NCBI GenBank assembly: GCA_965246885.1
Contig: CBDFFV010000001.1
Span: 8,364-72,363, forward strand
Reading direction: 5' to 3'
Length of the DNA: 64,000 nt
From: Abditibacterium sp.
Lineage (GTDB): Bacteria > Armatimonadota > Abditibacteriia > Abditibacteriales > Abditibacteriaceae
Both the position numbers and the translations under genes were made by a program. Shown here in pieces: positions 55,674-64,000 of this stretch; within the stretch, counting starts at the first letter, position 1, and each line of letters begins with the position of its first letter. The notes under the pieces were generated by a model. The model was not told the DNA's origin, made no database searches, and saw only the letters and a list, made by a program, of their open reading frames with translations.

Positions 55674-55799
55674 CGATGACAAACGTGCGCCCAGCGATGA
55701 CGGACGTCCGCCACTCAGTGGCGGGCCTCTGCCATCCATCGGCGCACGTCTGGGAACGAGTGACAGACGTCTGGCGCCGCTTGGCGGGCGTCTCTCTTA
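55674..55799. repeat. Degenerate 21-bp-period intergenic array (6 units)
   Basis: CGATGACAAACGTGCGCCCAG / CGATGACGGACGTCCGCCACT / CAGTGGCGGGCCTCTGCCATC / CATCGGCGCACGTCTGGGAAC and two more units. Confidence 0.65.
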
Positions 55800-55819
55800 C
55801 ACTCGCCGTCCTACCTCCT

Positions 55820-56422
55820 ATGCCCACATCGGAAGCTTTAGCGCCCGCCGCCGCCCCGGAAGCGGTGGATTTATCGCGCTACGACAACGCGTGGTTCTCG
55901 CCCGGTCGCGGCCTGCTCGTTCGCACGCTTTGGCACTACGCCAACGTCCTGCTTTTGCAAAACCCGTTCAACCTTTCCTCCCGCTTGCGGGTGGCCGTTT
56001 TGCGCGCGTTCGGGGCGCGCGTGGGGCAGGGCGTCAACATCAAACCGGGCGTGAACGTCAAATACCCTTGGCACGTGGAGATTGGCGACCACGTTTGGAT
56101 CGGCGAGGGCGCTTGGCTCGACTCGCTCGCGCCCATTGCCATCGGCCCGCACGCTTGCATCTCGCAGGGCGCCTATCTGTGCACCGGCAACCACGATTGG
56201 AGCGACCCGGCGTTTGGGCTGCGCGTCGGCCCCATCACCATTGAGCGCGGCGCGTGGATTGGGGCGCGCGCGGTTGTTTTGTCGGGCGTGACCGTCGGCG
56301 CGCACGCGGTCGTTTCCGCCGGAGCCGTCTTATCGCGCAACGCGGAGCCAAACGGCATTTACACCGGCAACCCCGCCCAATGGGTCAAAGCGCGCGTCAT
56401 CCGGGAGCGAAGCGGCGCATGA
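55820..56422 (+). CDS. wcaF: WcaF-like polysaccharide acetyltransferase
   Basis: LRAFGARVGQGVNIKPGVNVKYPW, ISQGAYLCTGNHDW. Confidence 0.85.
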   Translation: MPTSEALAPAAAPEAVDLSRYDNAWFSPGRGLLVRTLWHYANVLLLQNPFNLSSRLRVAVLRAFGARVGQGVNIKPGVNVKYPWHVEIGDHVWIGEGAWLDSLAPIAIGPHACISQGAYLCTGNHDWSDPAFGLRVGPITIERGAWIGARAVVLSGVTVGAHAVVSAGAVLSRNAEPNGIYTGNPAQWVKARVIRERSGA

Positions 56423-57657
56423 AAGTGTGCCTGCTCAGCGAGTATTTCTACCCCGACCGGGCCGGGGGCACGCCGCAAGTGCTGTCCAATCTGTCGCGCT
56501 TCCTGCGGGACAACTACGGCGACGTGGAGTTGGAAGTCATTACCTCGACCAACCTGTATCGCGGCGCGCAAACCAAGCTTGCGCGCTTCGAGAACTGGGG
56601 GGGCATCCGCATTTTCCGCCTCAACACGCCCAAGTCCAACCGCCCCTCGACGCTTTTGCGCTTGCTCGCGGGTGCGGCGTTTTCGGGCGCGACGCTCTTG
56701 AAACTGCTGCGTCGTCCGCGCCCGGACGTGGTGTTCGTGGTGACCAACCCGCCGACGCTGCCGCTTGCCGCGAAGATATATGGGCGCTTGCGCGGCGTGC
56801 CGTATGTGTATCTGGTGCACGACCTGTATCCCGACGTGGCGACGGCGCTGGGCGTTTTGCCCAAAGCGGGCCGCGTCGCGCGCCTTTTCCACGCGGCTCA
56901 GCGCAGTTGGCTTCACGGCGCGGCGCGCGTGGTGGTGTTGGGGCGCTGCATGCGCGACTACCTGAGCGAGTTCTACGAACTGCCGCCCGCGCGGGTCGAG
57001 GTCATTCCCAATTGGTCGGACGAGAGCCTCATCGCGCCGCTTCCCAAAGAAACCGCTTTTCGCCGCGCGCACGGCTTAACGGGGTTCGTGGCGCTGTATG
57101 CCGGGGGGTTCGGGCAATACCAGAACTTCGAGACCATTCTGGACGCCGCCGCCATCCTTCAGCGCGAGGGCGCGGGCGTGACGTGGGTGTTCGTGGGTGA
57201 GGGGGCGCGGCGCGAGCAAATCGAGGCACGCATCGCGGGCGGTCTCTCGAGCGTGCGCCTCTTGCCGTTCGTGCCGAACGGAGAGTTTAGCGACCTGTTG
57301 GCGTCTGCGGACGTCTCGCTTGTCACTCTCGAACGCGGCGCCGAAGGGCTGGGCGTGCCGTCGAAGTTTTACAACATCCTCGCGTCGGGCCGGGCAACGG
57401 TGGCCTTGGTTGCGCCGGGCTGCGAAGTTGAGCGCGTGCTTTCCGAGGCCGATTGCGGCGTGCGCGTCGCGCAAGACGACCCCGCCGCCCTCGCGCAAAC
57501 CATGCGCGAACTCAGCCAGCGCCCCGCCGAACTCGCCCGCATGGGCGCCAACGCCCGTCGCGCGCTCCTCGACCATTACACCTTGGGCCACGTCGGGCGT
57601 TCGTTCCACGACGCCTTTGAAGAGGTGATCCGCGACGCCCGCCACGCGCCGCGCTGA
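56419..57657 (+). CDS. GT4 glycosyltransferase (WbuB/WcaI-like)
   Basis: SEYFYPD, VHDLYPD, IPNW, VPSKFYNILASG. Confidence 0.88.
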   Translation: MKVCLLSEYFYPDRAGGTPQVLSNLSRFLRDNYGDVELEVITSTNLYRGAQTKLARFENWGGIRIFRLNTPKSNRPSTLLRLLAGAAFSGATLLKLLRRPRPDVVFVVTNPPTLPLAAKIYGRLRGVPYVYLVHDLYPDVATALGVLPKAGRVARLFHAAQRSWLHGAARVVVLGRCMRDYLSEFYELPPARVEVIPNWSDESLIAPLPKETAFRRAHGLTGFVALYAGGFGQYQNFETILDAAAILQREGAGVTWVFVGEGARREQIEARIAGGLSSVRLLPFVPNGEFSDLLASADVSLVTLERGAEGLGVPSKFYNILASGRATVALVAPGCEVERVLSEADCGVRVAQDDPAALAQTMRELSQRPAELARMGANARRALLDHYTLGHVGRSFHDAFEEVIRDARHAPR

Positions 57658-57676
57658 CGAGGCGTGTTTCCCATTT

Positions 57677-58783
57677 ATGACGATTCCAGACGCGCCGCGC
57701 TCCTCCGGCACCACCCCGAAAGCATGGCCCGCGCACTACGAGATGATCAACGGCTGGCGCGGGCTGGCGGCGGCGGCAGTGGCCATTGCCCACATCACCG
57801 AGAACAAGCCCCCGTTGGGACATGTGGCGGTGATGGTGTTTTTTGTGATCAGCGGCTACTGTATCGCCGCCGCCGTCCAATCATCGCAAAGCCGGGGACT
57901 GTCTTTTTGGACGTTCATGGGGCGCCGGATGCGCCGCATCTACCCGCCGTATTTCTTCTCGCTGCTCTTTTTCTTCGTCACCCGCCTCGCCAAGTGGCGG
58001 CTCACGGGCGTGAATCAACTCAGCTATCCGCCTGCGACGTGGATTCAAACGTGGACGCTCACGCAGTGGCTCAACGTGTTGGCGCACCCCACGCCTTATG
58101 CGTTCGACAACTCGCACCTGATGGTTTCCGCCCATTGGACGCTTGGCTATGAGGAGCAGTTTTACCTTGTCTTCGCGCTGCTGATGGTGTTGGCGCTGCG
58201 GGCCAAAAGGGATGTGCGCGTTTTGGTGTTGGGGTTGTTTGGCATCGCGTTGGGGTGGAACCTCGCCTTTCCGCGCCTCTCTTGTGGCCTCTTCATTGAC
58301 TACTGGGCGCACTTCGCGGTCGGCGCAGTGGTATTCTACCGCTTGTGTCGCCCGTTCAGCCGCCGCTTTTGTCAAGTCGTTGACTGGGGTTTGGTGGTGA
58401 CCGCCATTTTGTGCGGCGTCCTCGCGTGGCCGAGTTACCTGTTGCCTCCGCAGCGTTTCGTCGCGCAAGAGTTTTTCGCGGTGTCCGTGTTCGCGCTTTT
58501 GCTCATCGGCGGGCGCCGCTTCGACGACGTCTTCAAGAAGGCGCCGCTCGCGCGCCCCTTTCTCTGGCTGGGCACCATTACCTACAGCTTGTACCTAACC
58601 CACCAGTTCAACCTCAACCTGAGCGCTTTCGTCGCCTCTCATCTGCTCCGGGGCCACTTCCCTTCGTGGGTTGTCGTGTTACTTCAGTTGGTGGTGCTTG
58701 TCCTGCTCGCGGCGCTGTTCTGGGTTTTCTTTGAAAGGCCGTTCCTCAACAAGCGGCTGGCGCCCGCTCCGCCAGCGCCCTGA
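57677..58783 (+). CDS. Acyltransferase-3 (OafA-like) membrane O-acyltransferase
   Basis: NGWRGLAA, FFVISGY, RR.RRIYP, WTLGYEEQFY, SLYLTH. Confidence 0.9.
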   Translation: MTIPDAPRSSGTTPKAWPAHYEMINGWRGLAAAAVAIAHITENKPPLGHVAVMVFFVISGYCIAAAVQSSQSRGLSFWTFMGRRMRRIYPPYFFSLLFFFVTRLAKWRLTGVNQLSYPPATWIQTWTLTQWLNVLAHPTPYAFDNSHLMVSAHWTLGYEEQFYLVFALLMVLALRAKRDVRVLVLGLFGIALGWNLAFPRLSCGLFIDYWAHFAVGAVVFYRLCRPFSRRFCQVVDWGLVVTAILCGVLAWPSYLLPPQRFVAQEFFAVSVFALLLIGGRRFDDVFKKAPLARPFLWLGTITYSLYLTHQFNLNLSAFVASHLLRGHFPSWVVVLLQLVVLVLLAALFWVFFERPFLNKRLAPAPPAP

Positions 58784-58816
58784 TTGCGCGCGGGTGTTCA
58801 AACTGGGGTGCTTTCT

Positions 58817-59692
58817 ATGCCCCAACTCGTTTTCTCCGGCGCCACTTCCGGCACAGGCGTGCGCGTCGCGCAACGTCTGGTGGAAAGATTCGGCGCCGAC
58901 AACATCACTTGCTTGGTGCGCGTTTCCTCCGACACTACCCCCTTGGAGCGGCTGGGCGTGCGCCTCGAAAGGGGCGATGTGACTGACGGCCACTCCCTCG
59001 CTCGCCTCCTGACCGCAGAGACGCTGTATCTGGACATGACGCACCCCAAGTTCTACCCGCTTTCGCTGGAAACCATCCGGCAGAGCGCGCTCAAGCGGGC
59101 GTTTTTCGTGACCACGACGGGGATTTTCTCCCGCTACCACCACTGCTCCGACATCTACAAAGACGGCGAGGCGCGCATCCGGGCGTGCGGGCTGGCCACC
59201 ACCATCTTGCGGCCCAGCATGATCTATGGCTCGGTGCGCGACAAGAACATGAACCGCCTCATCCGCACCCTTGCCAAAGCGCCCGTCTTTCCGTTGTTTG
59301 GCGCGGGACGCAGTTTGATGCAACCCGTCTTCGTGGACGACCTCGCGCAGGGCATTGTGGCGGCCATTGGCAACCCGGCGACGGCAGGCCAAGAATATAA
59401 CCTCGCGGGGCCGGTTGGTTTGTCGTATCGGCGCATCGTCCACACCATCCTGCGGGAACTGGGGCGGCGCGTGACGTTACTGAACGTCGGCCTGCCGTTG
59501 GCGGCGGGCATCGCGGGCGTCGGGGAGCGCGTCCCCGGCTTTCCCATTAAAAAGGAACAGGTGTTGCGCCTGCTCGAAGACAAAGTCTTCGACATCTCTC
59601 CGGCGCGGGCCGAGTTGGGCTACAACCCGCGCCCGTTCGCGGAGGGCATTGCGCTCGAAATTGCCGAAATGCGGGAAGTGGGCGCACTTTAA
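58817..59692 (+). CDS. NAD-dependent epimerase/dehydratase (atypical SDR)
   Basis: SGATSGTG, TILRPSMIYG, QPVFVDDLA. Confidence 0.8.
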   Translation: MPQLVFSGATSGTGVRVAQRLVERFGADNITCLVRVSSDTTPLERLGVRLERGDVTDGHSLARLLTAETLYLDMTHPKFYPLSLETIRQSALKRAFFVTTTGIFSRYHHCSDIYKDGEARIRACGLATTILRPSMIYGSVRDKNMNRLIRTLAKAPVFPLFGAGRSLMQPVFVDDLAQGIVAAIGNPATAGQEYNLAGPVGLSYRRIVHTILRELGRRVTLLNVGLPLAAGIAGVGERVPGFPIKKEQVLRLLEDKVFDISPARAELGYNPRPFAEGIALEIAEMREVGAL

Positions 59693-60280
59693 ATGAAAAG
59701 CTCCCGCCATTACCGCGCGCTCAAGCACACGCTCGACTTGCTCGCCGCGCTCGCGCTGCTCTTTCCGCTTCTGCCGCTTTTGGGCGTGCTGTGCTTGGCC
59801 ATTCGGCTGGACTCGCGCGGCCCTGCGCTGTATCGGCAAAAGCGCGTCGGGCGCTTCGGGCGGACGTTCATCATCCTCAAGCTGCGCTCGATGAAGAGTG
59901 ACACGCCGGTGCTTTCGACCGAAGAGATGGAGCGCGCGGGGATTTCGCCGTTCACGCGCTTGGGGCCACTGCTACGCCGCTCCAATCTGGACGAGTTGCC
60001 GCAGATTTTCAATATCTTGAAGGGCGAGATGAGCTTCATCGGCCCGCGTCCGGCGCTTCCAACGCAAACCGATGTCAACGAACTGCGCGCGAAGCAGGGC
60101 GTGGCAAGCGCGCGTCCCGGCATCACCGGGCTGGCGCAGGTCATGGGCCGCGACGACCTCGCAACGCCGGCCAAGGTGGAGTATGACGCGCGCTATTGCC
60201 GCGAACTGAGCCTGCGGCTGGACGCGCGCATCCTGCTAAGCACCGTCGGCGCCGTCTTTTCGGGGCGCGGGAACAAATAA
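59693..60280 (+). CDS. Priming phosphoglycosyl transferase (bacterial sugar transferase)
   Basis: K.RSM, LDELPQIFNILKGEMSFIGPRP, RPGITGLAQV. Confidence 0.92.
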   Translation: MKSSRHYRALKHTLDLLAALALLFPLLPLLGVLCLAIRLDSRGPALYRQKRVGRFGRTFIILKLRSMKSDTPVLSTEEMERAGISPFTRLGPLLRRSNLDELPQIFNILKGEMSFIGPRPALPTQTDVNELRAKQGVASARPGITGLAQVMGRDDLATPAKVEYDARYCRELSLRLDARILLSTVGAVFSGRGNK

Positions 60281-60297
60281 AACCGTTGCAACGGTTT
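60280..60297. other. 18-bp perfect palindrome between convergent genes (double AACNGTT)
   Basis: AAACCGTTGCAACGGTTT. Confidence 0.85.
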
Positions 60298-60301
60298 CCC
60301 T

Positions 60302-61657
60302 TTACCACCGCTCCCAGCGCTTGTGGATGGCGCGGGCGGGCTGGAGCACCCACCAGAGCGCATTGAGGCCCAGTGGGAGCGCGACCTCCGCGCGTTCTTT
60401 GGCGGTGGGGGTGGTCGCCAAGTGCCAATAGAAGCCCAGTCGCTTCCAAGGCCGGTCAATGGCTTGGCTGAGCAACTGATTGGTGCTCCATATCGCGGGC
60501 GGTTCCTCGCCTTCGTGGGCTTCGAGGGCATTTAACCACTCGGCTTCTTCGGGTTCGTGCCAAAGGAGAGAGGCGCGCAGGCGACTTGCCAAGCGCAGCG
60601 CATACGGCTGGCTCGACAGCCACGTGTCAACGGAAAGCGGCAACGCGCTGCCCATCACGTCGCGCACCAAGCACAAACACAGCGCCATCATGCGCTCGAT
60701 TTCCCGCTCGCGCGCCGCCACCAAAACCGCCGCCCAGTCCAAATCGGGGTTGCGCTCCAACAACTGCGCCACATCGCACAACCACAACAGGCGCTCCCAC
60801 AAGTGTTTGGCGCCATGCACCGCCAAGATGAGCAGCAAGTCGCACGGCGCCAGCGCCAGTGCCCCTGCCACTTCGCTGCGTCCGCCCAACGGGTGCAAAC
60901 CGCGCTCGACGCTTTCGTAAAAGAAGTCGAACGGCAGACACGGGGAGGTGATGGCCCAGTGCAGTTCGACGGCCAGACCTTGCGGGAAGAGCGCCGCCAC
61001 GTTCGGGGGCGCGGGGCGCTGCAGATTGAAGACCGAGTCGCGCCGCAAGTGCTCGCGCTCTTGCGAAGGGGAGAGCTGCGCCTCGTGCGCATAACCCAAC
61101 TCGCGCATCAGGGCATGGGCGCGGCGCACATCGGCGCGCGGCACCAGTAGGTCTATGTCGGCGGACGGACGCACCATACCGTTGCCATACAAAGCGAGCG
61201 CCAGCGTTGGCCCCTTGAACGAGACAACAGGCACCCCCGCCGATTCCAAGTGGTGCGTGACGTGGGCCAACTCCTTCATTAACTCCTTGGAATGGAGCGC
61301 CATCTCGCCGAAATACTGACTCATCGCCACCACCACCTGAGGGGGCACCGCCTTCCACCGACGCGCGCTCAAATGGCGCCCCAATAGCCCGGTGACGCGG
61401 TGTTGCTGACAAAGCAGCAGCACCAACCCCCAGCGAAGCGGAAGCGTGGCGCGCGGTGATGCGCGGCGCCGGTCGTCGGGAAACGGTTGCCCGCGTTCGA
61501 GCAGTTCATCGAAGCGCCGCGCCCGTTCGCCGGTCAATTGTATGCGCGCGCCCAACAACACGAACTCCGCTTCGGGCGACAGCGCCGAGCGAAAGGGCGC
61601 GTCGGGTAAATAATCGCCGGACGTGACACGGGCGGGCAAAGCGAAACGGTCGGTCAT
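60302..61657 (-). CDS. Nucleotidyltransferase family protein (NTP_transf_5-like; the type seen in lasso/PqqD clusters)
   Basis: SFKG..LA..LY, RPSADIDLLV, VELHW, HGAKH, WLCDVA. Confidence 0.8.
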   Translation of the reverse strand: MTDRFALPARVTSGDYLPDAPFRSALSPEAEFVLLGARIQLTGERARRFDELLERGQPFPDDRRRASPRATLPLRWGLVLLLCQQHRVTGLLGRHLSARRWKAVPPQVVVAMSQYFGEMALHSKELMKELAHVTHHLESAGVPVVSFKGPTLALALYGNGMVRPSADIDLLVPRADVRRAHALMRELGYAHEAQLSPSQEREHLRRDSVFNLQRPAPPNVAALFPQGLAVELHWAITSPCLPFDFFYESVERGLHPLGGRSEVAGALALAPCDLLLILAVHGAKHLWERLLWLCDVAQLLERNPDLDWAAVLVAAREREIERMMALCLCLVRDVMGSALPLSVDTWLSSQPYALRLASRLRASLLWHEPEEAEWLNALEAHEGEEPPAIWSTNQLLSQAIDRPWKRLGFYWHLATTPTAKERAEVALPLGLNALWWVLQPARAIHKRWERW

Positions 61658-61755
61658 AGAAGTGGCAAAAATAATGGTAAGGCTGTAGAGAGACTGAAAG
61701 ACGCAGTTAAACGAATCGCGCGCTCGCGGCGCACTTTTAGCGGGTCGCGGGCGCG

Positions 61756-62904
61756 CTATGCGCCGGTCAGTTGCGAGTAAATGGCCTTCATCCCCTCGGC
61801 CACGCGCGTCCACGTATACCCTGCGAGAACGGCCCGCCGCCCCGCCTCGCCCCGGAGCCGCCCTTGCGACGGGTCGCGCGCCCACCCGTTCAAGATTTCA
61901 GCAAGGGCGCGCGCGTCGCCTTCAGGAAATATCTGCCCGCCCTCGCCCACGACGTCGGGGATTGCCCCAGAATCGCTGCCAATGGCTGGAACCCCGCACG
62001 CGTTAGCCTCAATCAACACGCGCCCGAACTGCTCTTTCCAGCGCGCCGTCGTGCGCGAGGGCAACACGAGCGCATCCAAAGCCCCCATCAACGGCGCTAA
62101 CTCCGGCAGGGGCAGCGCCGCCCGCAACTGCACCCGCGCGCTTAAACCCAGCCGCTCGATTTGCGCTTCGAGGGCTGGCAAAAACTCGCCGCTTCCCACA
62201 ATGGCGCAGCGCACCGAAGCGTCGCAGAGCGCAAGGGCGTCCAGCAAGTCGGCGATGCCCTTTTCTTCGACCAAGCGCCCGATGTAGCCGCACCAAAACT
62301 CCCCCTCGCCCCAGCCCAGTTCGGCGCGTTTGGCGACGCGCTCGTCGGGAGGGAGCGGACGAAACAGATCGGCGTCCACCGCGTTGGGAACAACGCGGGC
62401 CGGGCCGGTGTAGCCCTTGCGCCGCACGATCTCCAACGCCTCAAAAGAGCGCCCCACCACGAAATCCGCGCGCCGCAACACTTGGGCGCGCATCGGCTCG
62501 AAGGGCGGCGGCAACGTCTTGTCTATGTTCTGCTCGGTTTCGCACACGACGGGCACGCGCGGGCACACTTTGGCCCGCATCCGCAGCGTGTGGAGCGAAA
62601 CAAAGCTCCAAGGCTCCTCCCAAAGGTCAATGACGTCGGGCCGGAACTCGCGCAAGAGCGCCGCCATGCCGGGATAAAAGTGCAGATACGACTGCGCCGG
62701 GCCGCACCACGCCATCTTGACGGGCTGCACTTCCAAGCGAAACGGCGCGCTTTCGGGCACGTCCGCGCCGCGCCACTTTCCGTAGTGCATCCACTTTTCA
62801 GGCGTTAGCACGCACAACTCGACGCCCGCGCGCGCCAGTTCGACCGCTTTGGGCTGGCCTTCGGTGCGCGACTGGCAGGTGTGGGAAACGAGCAGAACTT
62901 TCAT
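61756..62904 (-). CDS. GT4 glycosyltransferase
   Basis: YIGRLVEEKG, WKEQFGRVLIEA. Confidence 0.9.
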   Translation of the reverse strand: MKVLLVSHTCQSRTEGQPKAVELARAGVELCVLTPEKWMHYGKWRGADVPESAPFRLEVQPVKMAWCGPAQSYLHFYPGMAALLREFRPDVIDLWEEPWSFVSLHTLRMRAKVCPRVPVVCETEQNIDKTLPPPFEPMRAQVLRRADFVVGRSFEALEIVRRKGYTGPARVVPNAVDADLFRPLPPDERVAKRAELGWGEGEFWCGYIGRLVEEKGIADLLDALALCDASVRCAIVGSGEFLPALEAQIERLGLSARVQLRAALPLPELAPLMGALDALVLPSRTTARWKEQFGRVLIEANACGVPAIGSDSGAIPDVVGEGGQIFPEGDARALAEILNGWARDPSQGRLRGEAGRRAVLAGYTWTRVAEGMKAIYSQLTGA

Positions 62905-62907
62905 GGC

Positions 62908-64000
62908 TCAAGAGTGCACGACTTGGCGATAAACCGCGAGAGTTTGGCTCGCCATGCGTGCGGCGGAAAAGCAGTCCCGCAACCGCTCAAACCCCGCTTC
63001 GCCCATCGCGGCAGCGCGCGCGGGGTCGGCGAGCAGCGTTTCAAGCGCGTCGGCGAACGCCAAAGGGTCGCTTGGCGGCACCAGCAAACCCGTTTCGCCC
63101 GCGCGCACGATTTCCGGCGGGCCACCGGCATCCACCGCCACCACCGGCTTGCGTTGCGCCATCGCTTCCAAAACCGCCAACCCGAACGGCTCGGCCACAC
63201 TTGGCAACGCGGCCACCTGCGCAGTGCGCAGTATGGCAGCCGCGCGCGGCGTCCAGCCCGCCAGATGGACAAATCCCGCCGCGCCTTGCTCCTCGATGAG
63301 CGCCAGAAGCGCCTCTTTCTGCGCGCCCTCGCCCGCCAACACCGCGCGAATGGGCGGCAGGGGCGCGCGGCGCGCGTTGAGTAGGGTCATTGCCTTCACG
63401 AGCGTTGGCAAATCCTTCTCGCGTTCCAAACGCGCGACACACGCGACTTCGGCGCGTAGGTCGGGCGGCAGGTCGCTTGTATCCGGCGCTCCGACAGGAA
63501 TTTCAATGCCGTTGTGCACCACCGACACGCGCTCGGCTTCCACGTCGCTCCTTTCCAACAGCGCGTGCGCGACCGCGCGCGAAATGGCGATATGGTGGGC
63601 GATGCCGCTTTCAACGGCGCGGTGCACCCCGTTTTGCACGGCGGCCTTTGGGCCGGTCGCCGTCGCGTGCGCGGGTTCGATGAAGTGCTGCGTCGCTATA
63701 CACGCGCCGCGCCCACCCAATTTCACCGCGAGCGCCCCCCACAGCGCCGTGCGCCCGTTATGCACGTGGACGATGTCCAACTGGCGCCGCCGCAAGCGCC
63801 GCGCGAGGAGAAGCGCCGTGTTGGGATCCCACGTCCCACGCCGCGCGATGGCAAGCGTCGGGATGGCTTCCTTGCGGGCGCGCTCCCACAGCGCCGCGCC
63901 GCGCGGGGTAGCAATCGTTACCTCGACTGGGCGCTGCCCCTCCTCCATCGGTAGTGCTCGCAGCGCCCGCGCAAGCGAAAGCACATACGATTCGGTGCCC
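62908..64000 (-). CDS. GT4 glycosyltransferase (5' end beyond the window)
   Basis: VARLEREKD, EPFGLAVLEAM; frame stays open to the window end (GTESYVL). Confidence 0.88.
   Translation of the reverse strand, partial: GTESYVLSLARALRALPMEEGQRPVEVTIATPRGAALWERARKEAIPTLAIARRGTWDPNTALLLARRLRRRQLDIVHVHNGRTALWGALAVKLGGRGACIATQHFIEPAHATATGPKAAVQNGVHRAVESGIAHHIAISRAVAHALLERSDVEAERVSVVHNGIEIPVGAPDTSDLPPDLRAEVACVARLEREKDLPTLVKAMTLLNARRAPLPPIRAVLAGEGAQKEALLALIEEQGAAGFVHLAGWTPRAAAILRTAQVAALPSVAEPFGLAVLEAMAQRKPVVAVDAGGPPEIVRAGETGLLVPPSDPLAFADALETLLADPARAAAMGEAGFERLRDCFSAARMASQTLAVYRQVVHS

Noticed and set aside
1..64000. tRNA, rRNA, transposase, integrase or conjugation genes
   Set aside because: None recognised by eye; small ncRNAs cannot be excluded without covariance-model searches.

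Overview
GC-rich bacterial DNA that looks like part of a plasmid or chromid. It carries an RPA-type replication initiator next to nine 20-bp iterons and DnaA-box-like sites (13.4-15.1 kb), plus a short ParA and small partner gene surrounded by 9-bp-phased AACNGTT repeats (30.8-32.1 kb). Most of the cargo is surface-polysaccharide biosynthesis: two SLBB/Wza-Wzc export pairs, nucleotide-sugar enzymes, Wzx, a putative Wzy, an O-antigen-ligase-like protein, about ten glycosyltransferases, and acyl-, methyl- and amidotransferases. Embedded in it is a complete paeninodin-type lasso peptide cluster (B1, B2, cyclase, kinase, ABC exporter; 4.9-11.4 kb). Its two precursor genes are missing from the ORF track and were translated by hand: [45 protein letters not shown] and [47 protein letters not shown]. 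The second has an unusual Gln1 core. A lasso-associated-type nucleotidyltransferase lies at 60.3-61.7 kb. The window also holds a LacI-regulated beta-1,3-glucan locus (GH81, GH-A clan glucanase with tandem CBM-like domains, DUF1559 prepilin-like protein) and a dispersed family of 21-bp-period repeats. Abditibacteriota/Armatimonadota is a tentative host guess from the DUF1559/H-X9-DG protein and SLBB architecture. All functional calls come from motif recognition by eye; no searches were run.
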